A DNA stretch of 64,000 nt from Crocinitomicaceae bacterium (lineage in GTDB: Bacteria; Bacteroidota; Bacteroidia; Flavobacteriales_D; CAJJDF01), in the NCBI GenBank assembly GCA_024639505.1, contig JAHEIE010000119.1, positions 6,193 to 70,192 on the forward strand, written 5' to 3'. Shown here piece after piece: positions 1-8,731 of the stretch. The notes beneath the pieces are model-generated. The model worked only from the letters and a program-made list of their open reading frames with translations, ran no database searches and was not told where the DNA came from. The first letter of the stretch is position 1. Every line of letters starts with the position of its first letter. A program made the translations under genes and the position numbers.

Positions 1-912
1 AACCCTCTTGTGATGAAAACAAAAAGTGGTATTTGGAAATCCTTTTTCTGTGGCTCAGATTTTCAGAATAGAGTTGCCGCTTCTATTACAGTAGATTCAG
101 AAAATGGTTTTAAATGGATGGTGTTTAAGGATTATAAAGTTTTGGTTTATAACGACAACGGAACTCCACTTGATGAAACGGATGACCGATACAAACAAAT
201 TGCAAACGGTGAAGCAAACGGAAGCCTAAACTCTACACCAATTTGCATTACCGAAGATCAGGATGGTGAAATGTGGATTGGAACCGATGAAGGTATTTAT
301 GTTTATTATTCTCCTTCCGAGCTTTTTACTGCCCCTAGTTTTGAGGTTCAAAAAATAAAAGTAACGCTGGACGGAAATGTAGAATTACTTCTTGAGAGCG
401 AAAGAGTAACTTGTATTACAATTGATGGAGGAAACAGAAAGTGGATAGGAACCGAAGGTTCAGGAATATTCGTATTGTCTCCTGATGGAACTAGTCAGGA
501 GCTTGGATTTACAGAGGAAAACAGTCCGTTACTTTCAAATAATATACATGATATAGCAATAGACGGAGAAACTGGTGAAGTTTTTATCTCAACCGACAAA
601 GGTCTTATTTCTTACAAAGGCGAAGCGACCGAAGGGATTCCTGCTTTTGGTGATGTGTATGCATATCCCAATCCAGTTCCTCCTGGTTACCAAGGGAAAA
701 TTGCCGTAAAAGGATTGCCAGCAGATTCTGACGTGCGTATCACAGACATTTCTGGAAATGTTGTTTTCACCACAAAATCTATTGGAGGTCAGGCTATTTG
801 GGAAGGAAACAATCTGAGCGGGGAACGAGTAGGTTCTGGTGTTTATTTGGTTTTTATGACTTCGCCTGAAGGCGCATCCAAGCAAGTGAGCAAAATTCTT
901 TTTATGAAATAA
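1..912 (+). CDS. C-terminal part of a beta-propeller T9SS protein with C-terminal sorting domain, PorZ-like; 5' end lies outside the window
   Basis: Frame 1 is open from base 1, with no stop before the GTG/ATG at 10-15, so the CDS is cut by the window edge. It has repeated propeller-blade motifs (MWIGTDEGIYVYY, KWIGTEGSGIFVLS, VFISTDKGLISYKG). These are followed by an ~80 aa tail 'YAYPNPVPPGYQGKIAVKGL..VRITDISGNVV..GVYLVFM..KILFMK' typical of Bacteroidota T9SS C-terminal domains. Confidence 0.6.
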   Translation, partial: NPLVMKTKSGIWKSFFCGSDFQNRVAASITVDSENGFKWMVFKDYKVLVYNDNGTPLDETDDRYKQIANGEANGSLNSTPICITEDQDGEMWIGTDEGIYVYYSPSELFTAPSFEVQKIKVTLDGNVELLLESERVTCITIDGGNRKWIGTEGSGIFVLSPDGTSQELGFTEENSPLLSNNIHDIAIDGETGEVFISTDKGLISYKGEATEGIPAFGDVYAYPNPVPPGYQGKIAVKGLPADSDVRITDISGNVVFTTKSIGGQAIWEGNNLSGERVGSGVYLVFMTSPEGASKQVSKILFMK

Positions 913-954
913 GAATAAGGAACGAATAAATTCTTGTAAGTTAGTGGCTAATTA

Positions 955-2760
955 ATGGCTAAAATGAATCCAGTATTTACCGTTTTAAAATCTTCCTTTT
1001 CATCTACAATTCTTTTGGTGATTTGCCTCACTATTTTAGTTTTTAGACTAGGAAATGTTTCCGAAAAAGAAACATCTTGGGATGTCTTGGGTTATTATTT
1101 GCCTTTGCCAGCGACATTTATTTATGACGATCCGCTTATGGAAAATAGGCAGTGGATAGAGAAAGTAAATGAGGAAAAACAACTGACAGATACATTGTAC
1201 CAGATATCGAGTACACCCGATGGAAAACCAATGTACTTCTTTCTTTTGGGGATGGCAATGTTGTTTCTGCCTTTCTTTCTTTTGGGACATGGATCAGCGT
1301 TTTTGCTGGGATATCCCATGGATGGATTCAGTGAGCCCTATCAATATGCATTGGTTTTAGGAGGTTTGTTTTATACGTTTCTCGGTTTGTTTTACTTACG
1401 AAAAACACTTCTTCATTTTTTTACAGAAAAAACTTCAGCTATTGTTTTGGTAATAATTGTTTTAGGAACCAATTATTCGCATCATCTTACACTCAAAAAC
1501 TTAGAAACGGTAAACGTCTTGTTTTTCTTTGTAGCCGTCTTAATTTGGAATACAATTCAATGGCATAACACTCAAAAAATTATCAATTTATTGATGATTG
1601 GCGCTTCAGTAACTTTTATGTCTCTGGTGAAGCCTAGCGAAATTCTAATCCTTTTTCTTCCTCTTTTTTATGGAGTTTACAACAAAGAATCTTTTGCGAG
1701 AAAATGGAGATTATTACTCCAATATAAAGTTCAATTTATCGGGATGTTTGCCCTGTGCTTGCTCATTGCATTGCCACAAATGAGTTATTGGTTTGTCCGC
1801 ACAGGCTCTTTGTTTTATGACAGTTACATCAATCCAGGAGTAGGTTTAGATGTCACTTCTCCCTATATTTTCGAATCTCTTTTTAGTTTCAAAAAGGGCT
1901 GGTTTATCTATACTCCAGTTATGATCTTGTCGCTCATTGGTTTTTATTTCTTTTTCAAGAAAAAGAAGGAAGTAGCGTTGTCTTTTTTTCTTTATTTTAT
2001 TTTTACCGCCTACATCATTTTTAGCTGGACAGAGTGGTGGTACGGTGCAGCTTTTTCCAACAGACCACTCATCACGGTGTATCCAATTCTTGCTGTGTCG
2101 CTCGGTTTTTTCGTCCAATTTGTTTCCAAACAGAAAAATATTCTAAAAGGAATTGTGTCGGTTTTTGTACTGATGTCAGTTTTTCTGAATCAGTTTCAGT
2201 GGTGGCAATTGAGAGCCGGAATTTTGGAACCATACCGAATGACAAAAGAGTATTATTTCGCAACATTTTTAAAAACAACGGCAACCAATTCCGACCGAGA
2301 GTTACTCTCTGTATTTCGAAATTTTAATGGCTCTCACGACTTTAATAATAGGGAAGAATATAAACTAGTGTCGGAACAATTAGTTCAAAACTTTCCTTTT
2401 GAACTCGATTCTGAAATTGAATTTTCGCCAAGTTTCGAAACCGCTTATGGGGAACTCACAAACGAAGATCACATTTGGATAGAAGTGGAAGTTCAGTTTC
2501 AAGAATATCCCGAGATAGATTCTTTGAAAATGCCATTGCTCATTACTCACATAAACCGAAAAGAAGGAGCTTATGGTTACTTTAGTTCGCAAATCAGAAA
2601 GGAGATTTCGATGGGAGAAAAAGAGTCTAAATTTACAGCAACTTATATGACTCCTAACATCAGAAACTCAAGAGATGGTGTAAAAATTTATATTTGGAAT
2701 AAATACAAAACTGAGTTAGAGGTGAATTCGATAAAAGTTAAAATATTTGAAAAAGTATAA
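955..2760 (+). CDS. polytopic membrane protein, GT-C-fold (ArnT/PMT-like) glycosyltransferase candidate
   Basis: ATG start, 601 aa. Many hydrophobic helices (ILLVICLTILVF, FFLLGMAMLFLPFFLLG, LVLGGLFYTFLGLFYL, AIVLVIIVLG, and others). An acidic loop 'SWDVLGYY..YDDP' follows TM1, and there is a ~170 aa soluble C-terminal domain. The family call rests on architecture only. Confidence 0.4.
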   Translation: MAKMNPVFTVLKSSFSSTILLVICLTILVFRLGNVSEKETSWDVLGYYLPLPATFIYDDPLMENRQWIEKVNEEKQLTDTLYQISSTPDGKPMYFFLLGMAMLFLPFFLLGHGSAFLLGYPMDGFSEPYQYALVLGGLFYTFLGLFYLRKTLLHFFTEKTSAIVLVIIVLGTNYSHHLTLKNLETVNVLFFFVAVLIWNTIQWHNTQKIINLLMIGASVTFMSLVKPSEILILFLPLFYGVYNKESFARKWRLLLQYKVQFIGMFALCLLIALPQMSYWFVRTGSLFYDSYINPGVGLDVTSPYIFESLFSFKKGWFIYTPVMILSLIGFYFFFKKKKEVALSFFLYFIFTAYIIFSWTEWWYGAAFSNRPLITVYPILAVSLGFFVQFVSKQKNILKGIVSVFVLMSVFLNQFQWWQLRAGILEPYRMTKEYYFATFLKTTATNSDRELLSVFRNFNGSHDFNNREEYKLVSEQLVQNFPFELDSEIEFSPSFETAYGELTNEDHIWIEVEVQFQEYPEIDSLKMPLLITHINRKEGAYGYFSSQIRKEISMGEKESKFTATYMTPNIRNSRDGVKIYIWNKYKTELEVNSIKVKIFEKV

Positions 2761-2761
2761 C

Positions 2762-4183
2762 ATGAAGAAGCTTGCACAATCATACTGGGAATTTCTATTT
2801 TCTGCGTTGGCGGTCACTGTTTTAGTGTTAGTTTCAATGGATCATATTTTCTTCTGGGATACCGTTCAGTTGGGTGCAAAACATGCGATGTTTTATTATG
2901 AAAACAATCTCCAATTGCAGTTTTTGCCCAATGAAATAGATAGCGGCCACATTCCCACTTTTGGTTATTTACTGGCCTTAATATGGACAGTTTTTGGAAA
3001 ATCATTATGGATTAGTCACTTGCTAGTTCTTCCGTTTGCAATAGGAATAACGTGGCAGTTGTATTCTTTAGCGGTTTATTTTTTTCAAAGAAAAAATGTA
3101 AAATGGGTTATGCTTATTGTCTTGTTAGACACTACAATTCTGAGCCAAATCTCCTTAGTTTCTCCTGATGTTCCTTTGCTTTTCTTCTTTTTATTTGCTG
3201 TCAATTCAATTCTGCGGCAAAATAAATGGTTTATTGCACTTGCCTTTAGTTGTTTGTTTTTAATCAGTTTGAGAGGAATGATTCTGACGGTACCGCTTTT
3301 TATTTTCGAAGTAGTGTGGTTTTGGAATCTAACCCAGATTAAGAATAAAGGGATTTACATCATAAAAACAGGGATTCCATATATTCCGGCAGCGCTTGTT
3401 TTTCTTTCTTTTAGCTATTATCATTACGCAGAAAAAGGATGGATAGGTTACCACGAAAACTCTCCTTGGGCTGTGTTTTTTGAAAAAGAAAGTGCAAAAG
3501 GAATGCTAAAGAATGCGCTTATTTACGGTTGGAGAATTGTAGATTTTGGAAGAGTGTTTTTATGGATAATTACAGGAATAGTTTTCTTTTTAGTTGGATT
3601 CAAGTCAGTCAAAGGAAATCAAAAGTTTAGGCAATTGGTTTTGTTGTTTGCGCTAATAATTGGATTTTTGTCCATTCCTGCGATATTGTACGTAGACCTA
3701 AAAGGTCATCGTTATTTCATGCCAGTTTACATTGCTTTTTCTTTAGTGAGTTTATATTTATTACTGGAGATAAATAAGAATTTAAGATGGAAAAAGGTCG
3801 GTATTTCTGTGGCTGTGATTGGATTGTTTAGCGGAAGTTTTTGGGTTTACCCAAGAGAAATATCACAAGGTTGGGACTCGACACTGGGTCACTTTCCTTA
3901 TTATCAACTTCGTTCCAATATGATTCGATTTATGGACGAAAATGGAATAGATAAGCAACAAGTTGGATTTGATTTTCCTGGTGCCTATCCTCAAAAATAT
4001 TTGGATTTGTCGGAAGATGAATGGACTTTTCCTGAGGTTGACATGAATAGCCAAAAAATTGTTCTATATTCCAATGTAGTGAATGAATTTACTCCCGAAG
4101 AAATCATAGAATTAGAAAATAATTGGGAAGTATTGTATGCTCAGAACAGTCTTACTGTTGAGTTTACGTTGTATAAAAAATGA
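2762..4183 (+). CDS. second polytopic membrane protein, GT-C-fold (ArnT/PMT-like) glycosyltransferase candidate
   Basis: The ORF track starts at a TTG (2747), which would overlap the upstream gene by 14 nt. The first ATG (2762, MKKLAQSYW) lies 1 nt after the upstream stop. About 12 hydrophobic segments, a 'FFWDTVQLG' loop after TM1, and a soluble C-terminal ~100 aa. Confidence 0.4.
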   Translation: MKKLAQSYWEFLFSALAVTVLVLVSMDHIFFWDTVQLGAKHAMFYYENNLQLQFLPNEIDSGHIPTFGYLLALIWTVFGKSLWISHLLVLPFAIGITWQLYSLAVYFFQRKNVKWVMLIVLLDTTILSQISLVSPDVPLLFFFLFAVNSILRQNKWFIALAFSCLFLISLRGMILTVPLFIFEVVWFWNLTQIKNKGIYIIKTGIPYIPAALVFLSFSYYHYAEKGWIGYHENSPWAVFFEKESAKGMLKNALIYGWRIVDFGRVFLWIITGIVFFLVGFKSVKGNQKFRQLVLLFALIIGFLSIPAILYVDLKGHRYFMPVYIAFSLVSLYLLLEINKNLRWKKVGISVAVIGLFSGSFWVYPREISQGWDSTLGHFPYYQLRSNMIRFMDENGIDKQQVGFDFPGAYPQKYLDLSEDEWTFPEVDMNSQKIVLYSNVVNEFTPEEIIELENNWEVLYAQNSLTVEFTLYKK

Positions 4184-4252
4184 ATTTCGTACAAGAAGAA
4201 TTCTAATTCTTTTTTTGTAGTTTTACAACTCAATGAAAAAACTAAAAAACCA

Positions 4253-4978
4253 ATGAATCAACCAATCTCATGCATTATTGTGGATGACGATGAAACTTCA
4301 AGGTTTATTCTGACTAATCTAGTAAAGAAAAACCCAGCACTCAAATTAATTAAGTCATGTTCTAATGCGCTAGAAGCAAGAGAACTGCTAGAGAATAGAG
4401 ATGTTGATCTTATTCTTCTGGACATAGAAATGCCCTATGAAAGTGGTATGGATATGTTTCAAAAACTGACCTCAAAACCGATGGTTATTTTCATAACATC
4501 TCAGACAAAACATGCCATAAAAGCTTTCGAAATTGATGCTATTGATTATATTGTAAAGCCAGTTGACTTAAAGCGTTTGGTTGAGGCAACGGATAAAGTA
4601 GAAAGAAGATTGGCAAGTGTAAAAGGTCGAAGTCACAAGGCTGACACTGTGGATGAGTTTATTTTCATTAAAAAAAATCGAGAAACCTTCAAGCTCCTTT
4701 ATAGCAATATTATTTTTATTGAGGGATCGAGTAGTTACATAACATATCACACTATCGATGGAAAAATTACAACAACAGGGATTTTAAAGCAAATAGAAAG
4801 TGAATTGGACCCAGAAGTTTTTGTGAGAGTTCACAGGTCTTATATTATCAATATTAGAAAAGTTACAAAAATTAATTCTCAGGAGTTAAAAGTAAGAGAT
4901 GTTTCAGTTCCTTTATCTAGAAAATACAAGAAAAAGGTAAGTGAGATTTTCCTTACTTCCAATACACGAATAGATTAA
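4253..4978 (+). CDS. LytTR-family response regulator (REC + LytTR DNA-binding domain)
   Basis: The N-terminal receiver has 'CIIVDDDE', 'DLILLDIEMP' (phospho-acceptor Asp) and 'IFITS..AIDYIVKP'. The C-terminal LytTR domain has 'IIFIEGSSSYITYHT..FVRVHRSYIINIRKV'. Confidence 0.85.
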   Translation: MNQPISCIIVDDDETSRFILTNLVKKNPALKLIKSCSNALEARELLENRDVDLILLDIEMPYESGMDMFQKLTSKPMVIFITSQTKHAIKAFEIDAIDYIVKPVDLKRLVEATDKVERRLASVKGRSHKADTVDEFIFIKKNRETFKLLYSNIIFIEGSSSYITYHTIDGKITTTGILKQIESELDPEVFVRVHRSYIINIRKVTKINSQELKVRDVSVPLSRKYKKKVSEIFLTSNTRID

Positions 4979-4992
4979 TTCAGTGTTTTTAA

Positions 4993-5322
4993 ATGATTAA
5001 TAAAAAACTCGAAAAAGAATTGGGAGGCGATATATTTGCCCAAGCCCTTCAGATTTTTCTATATAATGCCGAAAAGGATTTCGTGTTGATGAACCTTTAC
5101 ATTGAAGCAAAAGATTATCTGAATGCCAAGCAATTGAGTCATAAATTAATTGGTAGTTGCGAAGCTGTTGGGATTAAAAAACTCCCTAAATTTTTGAGAG
5201 AATTGGACGCGAATTTGAAAAAGCGATATGTGAAAAGAGACAGCCTTACTCAAATTAATTCTTATTTTGAAGAGGTCAAGTCCTTCTTAAAAACCGAGTA
5301 TTTAATCGAAATTCAGGATTAA
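4993..5322 (+). CDS. stand-alone Hpt (histidine phosphotransfer) domain protein
   Basis: 109 aa helical protein with the Hpt signature around the phospho-His, 'AKQLSHKLIGSCEAVGIKKL' (consensus HxLKGxxxxxG). It starts 14 nt after the response regulator stop. Confidence 0.6.
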   Translation: MINKKLEKELGGDIFAQALQIFLYNAEKDFVLMNLYIEAKDYLNAKQLSHKLIGSCEAVGIKKLPKFLRELDANLKKRYVKRDSLTQINSYFEEVKSFLKTEYLIEIQD

Positions 5323-5381
5323 AAGAAGGGACATCCGATAAAAATTTAGTTACTTTGAATTGAAAAATTCATATTACCAAA

Positions 5382-6350
5382 ATGGCAAGAATACTTACAG
5401 GAATACAAAGCACAGGAACACCTCACCTTGGAAATTTGTTGGGGGCAATTATTCCGGCTATTGAAATGGCGAAAAATGAGGAGAACGAATCATTTTTGTT
5501 TATTGCAAATCTACACACGCTTACCCAAATAAAAAACGGAGAAGAGTTGAAAAACAACACGTTGCAGACTGCTGCAGCTTGGTTGGCTTTTGGTCTGGAT
5601 GTAAATAAAACTGTATTTTATCGTCAAAGTGATATTCCACAAGTAACAGAATTAACTTGGTATCTCAATTGCTTTTTTCCTTACCAAAGATTAAAACTAG
5701 CTCACTCTTTCAAAGATAAAGCTGACAGGTTGGATGATGTGAATGCCGGATTGTTTGATTATCCAATGCTTATGGCAGCGGATATTTTGTTGTACGAATC
5801 AGAAGTGATTCCTGTTGGAAAAGATCAACTTCAGCACATAGAAATGACAAGAGATGTTGCAAGTAGATTCAATAATTTGATGGGCGAAACTCTAGTACTA
5901 CCTGAACCAAAAATTCAAGAAAATACTCAGTTGATTCCTGGAACCAACGGAGGGAAAATGAGCAAATCTCAAGGAAATATTATCAATTTGTTTCTACCAG
6001 ATAAGAAATTGAGAAAACAAATAATGGGGATTGAGACGGATAGTACACCGCTCGAAGATCCTAAAAATCCGGATACTTGCAATTGTTTTGCTTTGTACAA
6101 ACTACTTGCAACCGAAGAACAAACTGCTGAAATGAGGAAAAATTATTTAGCAGGAAATTACGGATACGGTCATGCCAAACAAGCTCTTTTTGAATTAATT
6201 GTAGAAAAGTATAAAGAAGAAAGAGAAAAGTTCAACTACTACATCGAGAACCCACATTTGATAGAAGAACAATTGCAAATTGGAGCCAAAAAAGCAACGA
6301 AAATTGCTAATGAAGTTTTGGGAAAAGTGAGATTGAAACTGGGTTACTAA
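5382..6350 (+). CDS. trpS: tryptophan--tRNA ligase
   Basis: Class I signature 'TGIQSTGTPHLGNLLG' (HIGH-type) and 'GGKMSKSQGN' (KMSKS). 322 aa, typical TrpS length. Confidence 0.92.
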   Translation: MARILTGIQSTGTPHLGNLLGAIIPAIEMAKNEENESFLFIANLHTLTQIKNGEELKNNTLQTAAAWLAFGLDVNKTVFYRQSDIPQVTELTWYLNCFFPYQRLKLAHSFKDKADRLDDVNAGLFDYPMLMAADILLYESEVIPVGKDQLQHIEMTRDVASRFNNLMGETLVLPEPKIQENTQLIPGTNGGKMSKSQGNIINLFLPDKKLRKQIMGIETDSTPLEDPKNPDTCNCFALYKLLATEEQTAEMRKNYLAGNYGYGHAKQALFELIVEKYKEEREKFNYYIENPHLIEEQLQIGAKKATKIANEVLGKVRLKLGY

Positions 6351-6377
6351 TTATTTACTTCCAACTTTTCATTGGTC

Positions 6378-6398
6378 ATTCCGCACTTGATGCGGAAT
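6378..6398. repeat. perfect 8-bp hairpin attccgca-cttga-tgcggaat (palindromic element, no U-tract)
   Basis: Read directly from the sequence. It lies 28 nt after the trpS stop. The right arm ends in GAATC. Confidence 0.6.
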
Positions 6399-6495
6399 CT
6401 AAAAACAGATTCTGATGTTGTTATGAAATATCAAATTCTGAATCTGGCTTATAATCACTTCTGTTTTATTAAATACTTGAAATTTTTTGTGTTAA

Positions 6496-6517
6496 GATTC
6501 TCGCTTTCGCAAGAATC
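6496..6517. repeat. hairpin gattctcgc-tttc-gcaagaatc (8 of 9 bp paired)
   Basis: Read directly from the sequence. GATTC/GAATC arms. Same convergent intergenic region as 6378-6398. Confidence 0.5.
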
Positions 6518-6604
6518 ACAGTTGTGTGTTTTTGTAAAAAAACTGAACCCTGAGTTAGAGCGATAGCTTCAGAATCGAAGGGAGACTTACGAAATCACAA
6601 TCTG

Positions 6605-7084
6605 TTAAAACAATCCTTTCTCTTCCTTTTGAGAATCTTCATATCCTTGGTCAATAGGTAAGTCCTTTCCATTGGCAGCTGCAACAGCAAGTTGATCACA
6701 CACTTCGTTGTATTTGTTTCCCGCATGTCCTTTTACCCACACAAATTTCACATCATGTTTTGGGTAGATTTCCAAGAAACGTTTCCACAAATCAGCATTT
6801 TTCTTTCCTTTAAAATTTTTCTTTACCCATCCAAAAACCCATTTTTTTTCTACGGCATCTACCACATATTTACTGTCAGAGTATATAGTAACTGAATATC
6901 CTGGTTTTTTTAGTTTTTCCAGACCCACAATCACACTCAACAATTCCATCCTGTTGTTCGTTGTGTATTGATAACCTTGCTTAAATTCTTTGTAATGTTT
7001 TCCGGCCATTAGCACAATTCCGTAGCCACCCGGACCAGGGTTTCCAAGAGCAGAACCATCGGTGTACATTTTTATTTGACTCAT
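6605..7084 (-). CDS. rnhA: ribonuclease HI
   Basis: 'MYTDGSALGNPGPGGYG', 'TNNRMEL', 'IYSDSKYV' and 'GHAGNKYNEVCDQLA' match RNase H type 1 catalytic motifs. Its ATG overlaps the purN stop (ATGA, 7081-7084). Confidence 0.9.
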   Translation of the reverse strand: MSQIKMYTDGSALGNPGPGGYGIVLMAGKHYKEFKQGYQYTTNNRMELLSVIVGLEKLKKPGYSVTIYSDSKYVVDAVEKKWVFGWVKKNFKGKKNADLWKRFLEIYPKHDVKFVWVKGHAGNKYNEVCDQLAVAAANGKDLPIDQGYEDSQKEEKGLF

Positions 7085-7653
7085 TGGGCAATTAGTTTTT
7101 CTAACACTTCGGGAAAGTGCTTGCGCTCTAGTTCCTGAATTTTCTTCTGTAAATCTTCAATAGTGTCGGTTGGGTCAATCGAGCACTCAAATTGAGCAAT
7201 AAGATTTCCTTCATCGTAGTTTTCGTTTACGTAATGAAAGCTTATACCGGATTTTGTTTCGCTAGCTTCAATAACCGCTTGGTGCACATGTCTTCCGTAC
7301 ATTCCTTTTCCGCCAAATTTTGGGAGCAAGGATGGATGAACATTCACTATTTTATTTTCAAATTGTGAAGTAAACTCCTTCGGTATTTTTAACAGAAAAC
7401 CAGCTAAAACAATTAAATCGGCATTCAAAAGTTGTACAAGTTCAGCCACATTTCCTTCTTCCAATTCTTGTTTAGAGAACACGACAGTGTTTACACCCAT
7501 TTTTTGAGCATTTTCAATTCCTAAGCACTCTTTTTTGTTCGAAAAAACAGCTTCAATATTTCCGTCAGTTCTTCCTTCAAAGTGAGTGATGAGGTTACTC
7601 ATGTTACTTCCGTTTCCGGAAACGAAAATCACAATATTTTTTGGTTTCTTCAT
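7081..7653 (-). CDS. purN: phosphoribosylglycinamide formyltransferase
   Basis: 'IVIFVSGNGSNM', 'LIVLAGFL' and 'IVNVHPSLLPKFGGKGMYG' are typical of PurN. Confidence 0.88.
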   Translation of the reverse strand: MKKPKNIVIFVSGNGSNMSNLITHFEGRTDGNIEAVFSNKKECLGIENAQKMGVNTVVFSKQELEEGNVAELVQLLNADLIVLAGFLLKIPKEFTSQFENKIVNVHPSLLPKFGGKGMYGRHVHQAVIEASETKSGISFHYVNENYDEGNLIAQFECSIDPTDTIEDLQKKIQELERKHFPEVLEKLIAQ

Positions 7654-7770
7654 TTAGTTTTGTTTCAAAAAAATCATTTTCTTTTTCAGACTGATTTTTG
7701 TAACTTTACAGCCCAAAGATAAGGGATTATTCACATTCTGACCAATGTCAGATTACAAATAAATACAAAG

Positions 7771-8535
7771 ATGTCAGGACACAGTAAATGGTCATCCATT
7801 AAGCACAAAAAAGGAGCAAAAGATGCGAAAAGAGGAAAAATCTTTACGCGTATTATCAAGGAAATAACAATTGCAGCCAGAGATGGTGGTAGTCCCGATC
7901 CTGATATGAATCCAGCTTTGAGAGTTGCTATCCAGAATGCGAAAGGAGCAAACATGCCTAAAGATACCATGGAACGTGCCATCAAAAAAGGTTCGGGCGA
8001 TGATGCGGCAAATCTTGTAGAATATACTTTTGAGGGATACGCATCCAATGGAATTGCCGTGTTTGTAGAAGCAACTTCTGACAACAACAATAGAGTTGTA
8101 GCTAATGTACGAGCGGTTTTTAGTAAATACGGTGGAGAATTGGGAACTCACGGTTCTCTTTCGTTTATGTTCGACAGAAAAGGAGTATTTACCATAGCCA
8201 AAGAATTATTGAAAGATTGGGAGCTAGAAGACCTAGAGTTCGAATTGATTGATGCAGGTTTGGAAGAGATAGATGTTCAAGAAGAAGATGTTTTTATTTA
8301 TACATCGTTTGACAGCTATGGAGACATGCAAAAGAAATTGGATGAAATGAAAGTTGAGGTGAAAAGCCAAGAATTGCAAAGAATTCCTACAACTACCATG
8401 ACATTGGAAGTAGATAAAGCCAAAGCTGTACTGAAGTTAATTGATAAAATGGAAGAGGATGACGATGTAAATGTCGTGTACCACACCCTAGAAATGACTG
8501 ATGAATTGGCAGCTGCGCTTGAGGCTGAGGATTAA
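7771..8535 (+). CDS. YebC/PmpR family DNA-binding transcriptional regulator
   Basis: Highly conserved N-terminus 'MSGHSKWSSIKHKKGAKDAKRGKIFTR..IKEITIAAR'. 254 aa. Confidence 0.9.
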   Translation: MSGHSKWSSIKHKKGAKDAKRGKIFTRIIKEITIAARDGGSPDPDMNPALRVAIQNAKGANMPKDTMERAIKKGSGDDAANLVEYTFEGYASNGIAVFVEATSDNNNRVVANVRAVFSKYGGELGTHGSLSFMFDRKGVFTIAKELLKDWELEDLEFELIDAGLEEIDVQEEDVFIYTSFDSYGDMQKKLDEMKVEVKSQELQRIPTTTMTLEVDKAKAVLKLIDKMEEDDDVNVVYHTLEMTDELAAALEAED

Positions 8536-8589
8536 TCTTTTATTCCTTCTAATTACACAAAAGCAAAATCGTGAAATATTCTCTGTGAG

Positions 8590-8610
8590 ATCCTGAATCA
8601 AGTTCAGGAT
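8590..8610. repeat. perfect 8-bp hairpin atcctgaa-tcaag-ttcaggat
   Basis: Read directly from the sequence. The loop is the reverse complement of the loop at 6386-6390. A second stem, gattc..gaatc (8611-8628), follows immediately. Confidence 0.6.
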
Positions 8611-8669
8611 GATTCTGTTATTAGAATCGCGATTAAGTTAATTTGGTTTTCATGTCAATGGGCTTATCT

Positions 8670-8688
8670 TTCTTGAGCAATTCAAGAA
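8670..8688. repeat. 7-bp hairpin ttcttga-gcaat-tcaagaa
   Basis: Read directly from the sequence. Confidence 0.5.
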
Positions 8689-8697
8689 CACTGAGGG

Positions 8698-8715
8698 TTT
8701 CGAACTTGTTCGAAA
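8698..8715. repeat. 7-bp hairpin tttcgaa-cttg-ttcgaaa
   Basis: Read directly from the sequence. It lies 17 nt beyond the stop of the minus-strand aminotransferase gene. Confidence 0.55.
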
Positions 8716-8731
8716 TGTCTTGAAGGGTGAC

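Noticed and set aside
6372-6566. 64-aa ORF (MVIPHLMRNLKTDSD...) in the trpS/rnhA spacer
   Set aside because: Its sequence is the read-through translation of the palindromic hairpins (attccgca-cttga-tgcggaat and others). It has no coding-like composition and sits between two convergent stops. It is treated as a non-coding repeat region.
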